64,000 nucleotides of DNA from an uncultured Solirubrobacterales bacterium (GTDB taxonomy: Bacteria; Actinomycetota; Thermoleophilia; Solirubrobacterales; Solirubrobacteraceae): assembly GCA_963788715.1 (NCBI GenBank), contig CAWBID010000023.1:107891-171890 (forward strand). The letters run 5' to 3'. The notes below the pieces were generated by a model, which was not told where the DNA came from, ran no database searches, and saw only the letters and a list, made by a program, of their open reading frames with translations. Of the stretch, positions 60,909 through 64,000 are shown piece after piece. Position numbers and translations under genes: made by a program. Numbering within the stretch: the first letter of the stretch is position 1; each line of letters begins with the position of its first letter.

Positions 60909-62462
60909 CTAGTGCAGTCGATGCGTGGCGCGCGCGATCGCGATCATCTGCGAGTTGGAGAGATCCTCTAGCAGCGTGTTCGTCACGAAGTAGATGACTT
61001 TCCCGGTACGCCATCCGATGTCGTGGATGTGCGAGCCATCGTCCACCAGCAGATAGGTGCGACCGCCGATCTTCTGTACGCGAGCATGGGCGAATAGGGG
61101 AATGTTGACCCAGTCCATGCCCTCTACGTCGTAGTAGCCGCCGAGCCCGTTCTCTTGCCATACGGCAACGTAAGCGTGGTGGATGTGCTTGTGCTCGTCG
61201 GGGAGCGTGTACACGTGGACTTCCTGGGGGACAGCAGGCCCGGTCTGCACAGAGGGAAACTCCAACGGGAACGGCACGCTCGGTGCGGCGGTAACGGCCA
61301 TCGCCGCGGCGGAGCTCGGGACTGGATACAAGTCAAGCGAGGCGTTGGAAGGGCTCGCCGAGCTGTGATGGTGGTGGTGCGAGGAGCTCGAGGAGGAGCT
61401 GGGTAGTTGCAGCTGTTCGTGACCGTGGAGGAATTCCCTGACGGTCGCTTTGAGCAGGCTGGGAGTTGTGGTCACGTAGCTGACGCCGCTGATCATGGCA
61501 TCCGCGTTTGCCACCTGGAATTTGACTTGGCGCAGCGGCTTCTGCTGAGAGAAGGCCGCGAGCTTGGCGAGTTCGATCAACTGCCCCGCCGAGGAATGGA
61601 ACGTAGTGGTGACAGCCTTGCCGACGGCCTTTGAGACCGTGTCGATCTCGCCCACGAGGTTGCCCACCGGGACCTGCTCGCGCAGGCTTCGCAGGAAGTC
61701 CTGTTGGCGCGCCACACGAACGAAATCCGAATCACCGTGACGGTAGCGCACGTAGCTGAGGGCGTTTTCGTAGCAGAGCTTCTGATAGCCGGGCTCCAGG
61801 TTGATTGAGGAATAGTTGCCGGATTCAGTGGCTTCGCTTTGGTGCAGATAGCGGTGGTCCACGTTCACGTACACGCATCCGAGTGTGTCCACGACATCTC
61901 TAAAGCCCTTGAAGGACACGTCGATCACGCCGTTGAGCTTGACGTGCAGCAGGTGCTCGATCGTCTTCGCTGTGAGTTCCACGCCGCGGTTGGTTCCCCC
62001 TTCTGCGCTGCCGATCGTGTAGGCGGCGTTGATCTTGCTCGGATAGTAGGTCTGCCCGCTTTTGGTCGCGATCGACACAAGCAGGTCGCGTGGGACCGAA
62101 AGCACCGAGATCTGGCCGTAATTGGGGTCCAGGTGCACGAGCAGCAACGTGTCGCTGTGCGGCGGGTCGTTCCGGTCATACGCGTCTTTGGAGCCGGCCC
62201 GCCGATCGGAGCCCAAGATCATGAAGGTCTGCGGTTCGCCGCTGTAGGCGGCTTCCACGATGCCCTTGGCGACATGGATCTGGTTGCCCTTGGGGAAGAC
62301 CTCGTTGGCTATGTGGTTGAGCTTGGTCAAGGCGATTGTCGCGGTCGCCGCGCCGCTGAGCAGCAAGATCAGGATGCCCGCGATCGCGAAACGCGCCCAC
62401 ATGCCCCGTGCCAGGGACGGTGGGTGCTCATCGTCGAGTGGTGTCGCGGGCAAAAAGCTCAT
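60909..62462 (-). CDS. LCP (LytR-CpsA-Psr) family cell-wall glycopolymer ligase
   Basis: N-terminal TM, ILGSD, SDTLLLV, SVPRD, KINAAY, ALSYVRYRH.DSDF.R..RQQ. Confidence 0.92.
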   Translation of the reverse strand: MSFLPATPLDDEHPPSLARGMWARFAIAGILILLLSGAATATIALTKLNHIANEVFPKGNQIHVAKGIVEAAYSGEPQTFMILGSDRRAGSKDAYDRNDPPHSDTLLLVHLDPNYGQISVLSVPRDLLVSIATKSGQTYYPSKINAAYTIGSAEGGTNRGVELTAKTIEHLLHVKLNGVIDVSFKGFRDVVDTLGCVYVNVDHRYLHQSEATESGNYSSINLEPGYQKLCYENALSYVRYRHGDSDFVRVARQQDFLRSLREQVPVGNLVGEIDTVSKAVGKAVTTTFHSSAGQLIELAKLAAFSQQKPLRQVKFQVANADAMISGVSYVTTTPSLLKATVREFLHGHEQLQLPSSSSSSSHHHHHSSASPSNASLDLYPVPSSAAAMAVTAAPSVPFPLEFPSVQTGPAVPQEVHVYTLPDEHKHIHHAYVAVWQENGLGGYYDVEGMDWVNIPLFAHARVQKIGGRTYLLVDDGSHIHDIGWRTGKVIYFVTNTLLEDLSNSQMIAIARATHRLH

Positions 62463-62617
62463 GCGCATCCAGAGGCGGGCACCGTCCTGCGCGGCCCAGC
62501 CGTGCGCGAAGCCTAGCGGGGGCATCGGCCGGGCCGCGCAGGGTGGGGGAGCAAGGTGTGCGTTTCCGCGCCCGCTGGTGGGCATGGAGCGCCGGGGACC
62601 CCGATACGCTCGATCCC

Positions 62618-63977
62618 GTGCTAAAGCCCCGTAATCGCGAGCTGCTCGGCCTGATTCCCGCCGCTCTGCTCGTCACCGCTGGCTTCACGGCGATCTTCAT
62701 CCAAGAGGAAAACAGCTCTGCCGGTGCGTCTACGAACGTGACGCTCAACCACGCCTCCAGTCTCTCGCTCACCTACGGGCTCCTGTTCTTGGGCTTGTGC
62801 TTGGCGGCGCATTTGGTGATCCGCTTCGCGTTGCCTCACGCTGACCCCTACCTGTTTCCTCTGGCGGCGGTGCTCGCGAGTGTGGGGATCGTGATGGTGT
62901 ACCGCATCAATCCCTCCTTGGCGCGCCAACAGGCCCAGTGGATGGTGTTGGGCCTGAATTTTGTTCGCGGCGACCATAGTGTGGTTGCGGCGCGAGGGCA
63001 TCGGTGTGCTGGAGCGCTATCGCTACACGATCGCCGCAGTTGGTATCGCGATGGCGGTCCTGCCGCGCTTCCCCGTGATCGGCGAGCAGGTCAACGGCGC
63101 CTACCTGGACATCCACTTCGGCTCGGTCTCCTTCCAGCCGGCCGAGTTCGCCAAGGTCGCGATCGTGATCTTCTTGGCCAGCTATTTGCGCGACAATCGC
63201 CAGATCCTGGTCACGGCCGGCCGGCGCGTGTTGGGGCTGACGTTGCCTCCGATGAAGCAGTTCGGGCCGATGCTCTTGATTTGGGGCGCGGCGATGGCCA
63301 CGCTGTTGCTGACGCGCGAGCTCGGCACCTCCTTGATGTTCTATGGCGCGTTCTTGGCGCTCCTGTACGTGGCGACGGGGCGCCTCTCCTTCCCTTTGAT
63401 CGGACTCGTCCTGTTCGGACTCGGCGCCTGGTTCTTGGCCAATCACGTCGGTCACGTCCACAGCCGCGTGCTCGCTTGGGAACACCCTTTTGAGAAGTCG
63501 CTCTACGAACAGCGCAGCGGCAGCTACCAGTTGGCCCAGTCGCTGTTCGCACAGGCCGACGGGGGCCTGCTCGGGACAGGCTTTGACCAATCCCTGCTGG
63601 TCTTGCCCCATCATCGCGAACCGATCTTGCCTGTGCCCGAAAGCGACATGATCTACGCGGTCATCGTCAACGAGCTGGGACTGGCGGGAGCCGCCGCGCT
63701 GCTACTGACTTATCTCATGTTCGTCGCACGAGGCTTGAAGACGGCGATGCTGGCCCGCGACTCGTTCTCAAAGCTATTGGCCGTCGGGCTGTCGTTCGTC
63801 GTGGCGATGCAGGTGTTCGTGATCGTGGGGGGCGTCACACGTGTGATCCCGCTCACCGGGGTCACACTCCCGTTCGTGGCCTACGGCGGCTCCTCGGTCG
63901 TTATGAACTTCGTCCTGCTGGCCTTGCTCTTGGTTGTCTCAGACCGGGCCAGGAGGCCCTATGCGCCGACGCGCTGA
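62618..63977 (+). CDS. FtsW/RodA/SpoVE (SEDS) family protein; frameshift near 62958
   Basis: RNRELL..ADPYLFP..RQQAQW in the first frame; FQPAEFAK, ELGT, YQLAQSL, PLTGVTLPFVAYGGSS in the second. Confidence 0.93.
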
Positions 63978-64000
63978 GGCGTGCATAGCCCTTGGTCACC

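Noticed and set aside
243-63614. Many long antisense or alternative-frame ORFs in the track (e.g. 243-1133, 17250-18452, 22205-23458, 29062-30240)
   Set aside because: Shadow ORFs expected in high-GC DNA; they overlap well-supported genes and carry no recognisable motifs
4055-63977. Calling aroF, fmt, rsmB, smc, ftsY, ffh and ftsW/rodA pseudogenes or programmed frameshifts
   Set aside because: The breaks are small indels in otherwise intact, often essential genes with no slippery heptamer I could identify; sequencing error is more parsimonious

Overview
GC-rich core-chromosome segment of an actinobacterium. Gene content and order (AroH chorismate mutase, class I-beta DAHP synthase, plsX-acpP-rnc-smc-ftsY-ffh, WhiG/FliA-type sigma factor) point to Thermoleophilia/Solirubrobacterales; this placement is inference. 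Order: scpB, rlmN, rluB, aroH-hisC-aroF-tyrA-aroA-cmk-der, metK-priA-def-fmt-rsmB-rpe, a surface glycosylation cluster, ribD-ribE-ribBA-ribH, rpmB-DAK2-recG-rsmD-coaD, yceD-rpmF-plsX-acpP-rnc-smc-ftsY, nfeD-SPFH-ffh-rpsP-khpA-rimM-trmD-rplS-lepB-rnhB-yraN, thiD, ilvD, xerC-sigma28, an EF-G paralogue, rnhA, an LCP protein and ftsW/rodA. I saw no rRNA, tRNA, CRISPR array, transposase or prophage gene. Eight genes, several of them essential, carry small frameshifts, most likely long-read indel errors. Highlights: (1) a 31-codon Tyr/Trp/Phe-rich leader peptide, absent from the ORF track, plus a structured UTR ahead of aroF-tyrA-aroA; (2) an uncharacterised gene pair, a small protein ending FFPRAAGGR next to a membrane-anchored Cys-containing partner, a candidate ubiquitin-like or sulfur-carrier module; (3) a structured intergenic repeat with covarying base pairs and a small ORF bridging neighbouring genes; (4) local duplications of gene starts; (5) an RNase III with degenerate metal-binding residues; (6) a pervasive leaderless-promoter pattern.
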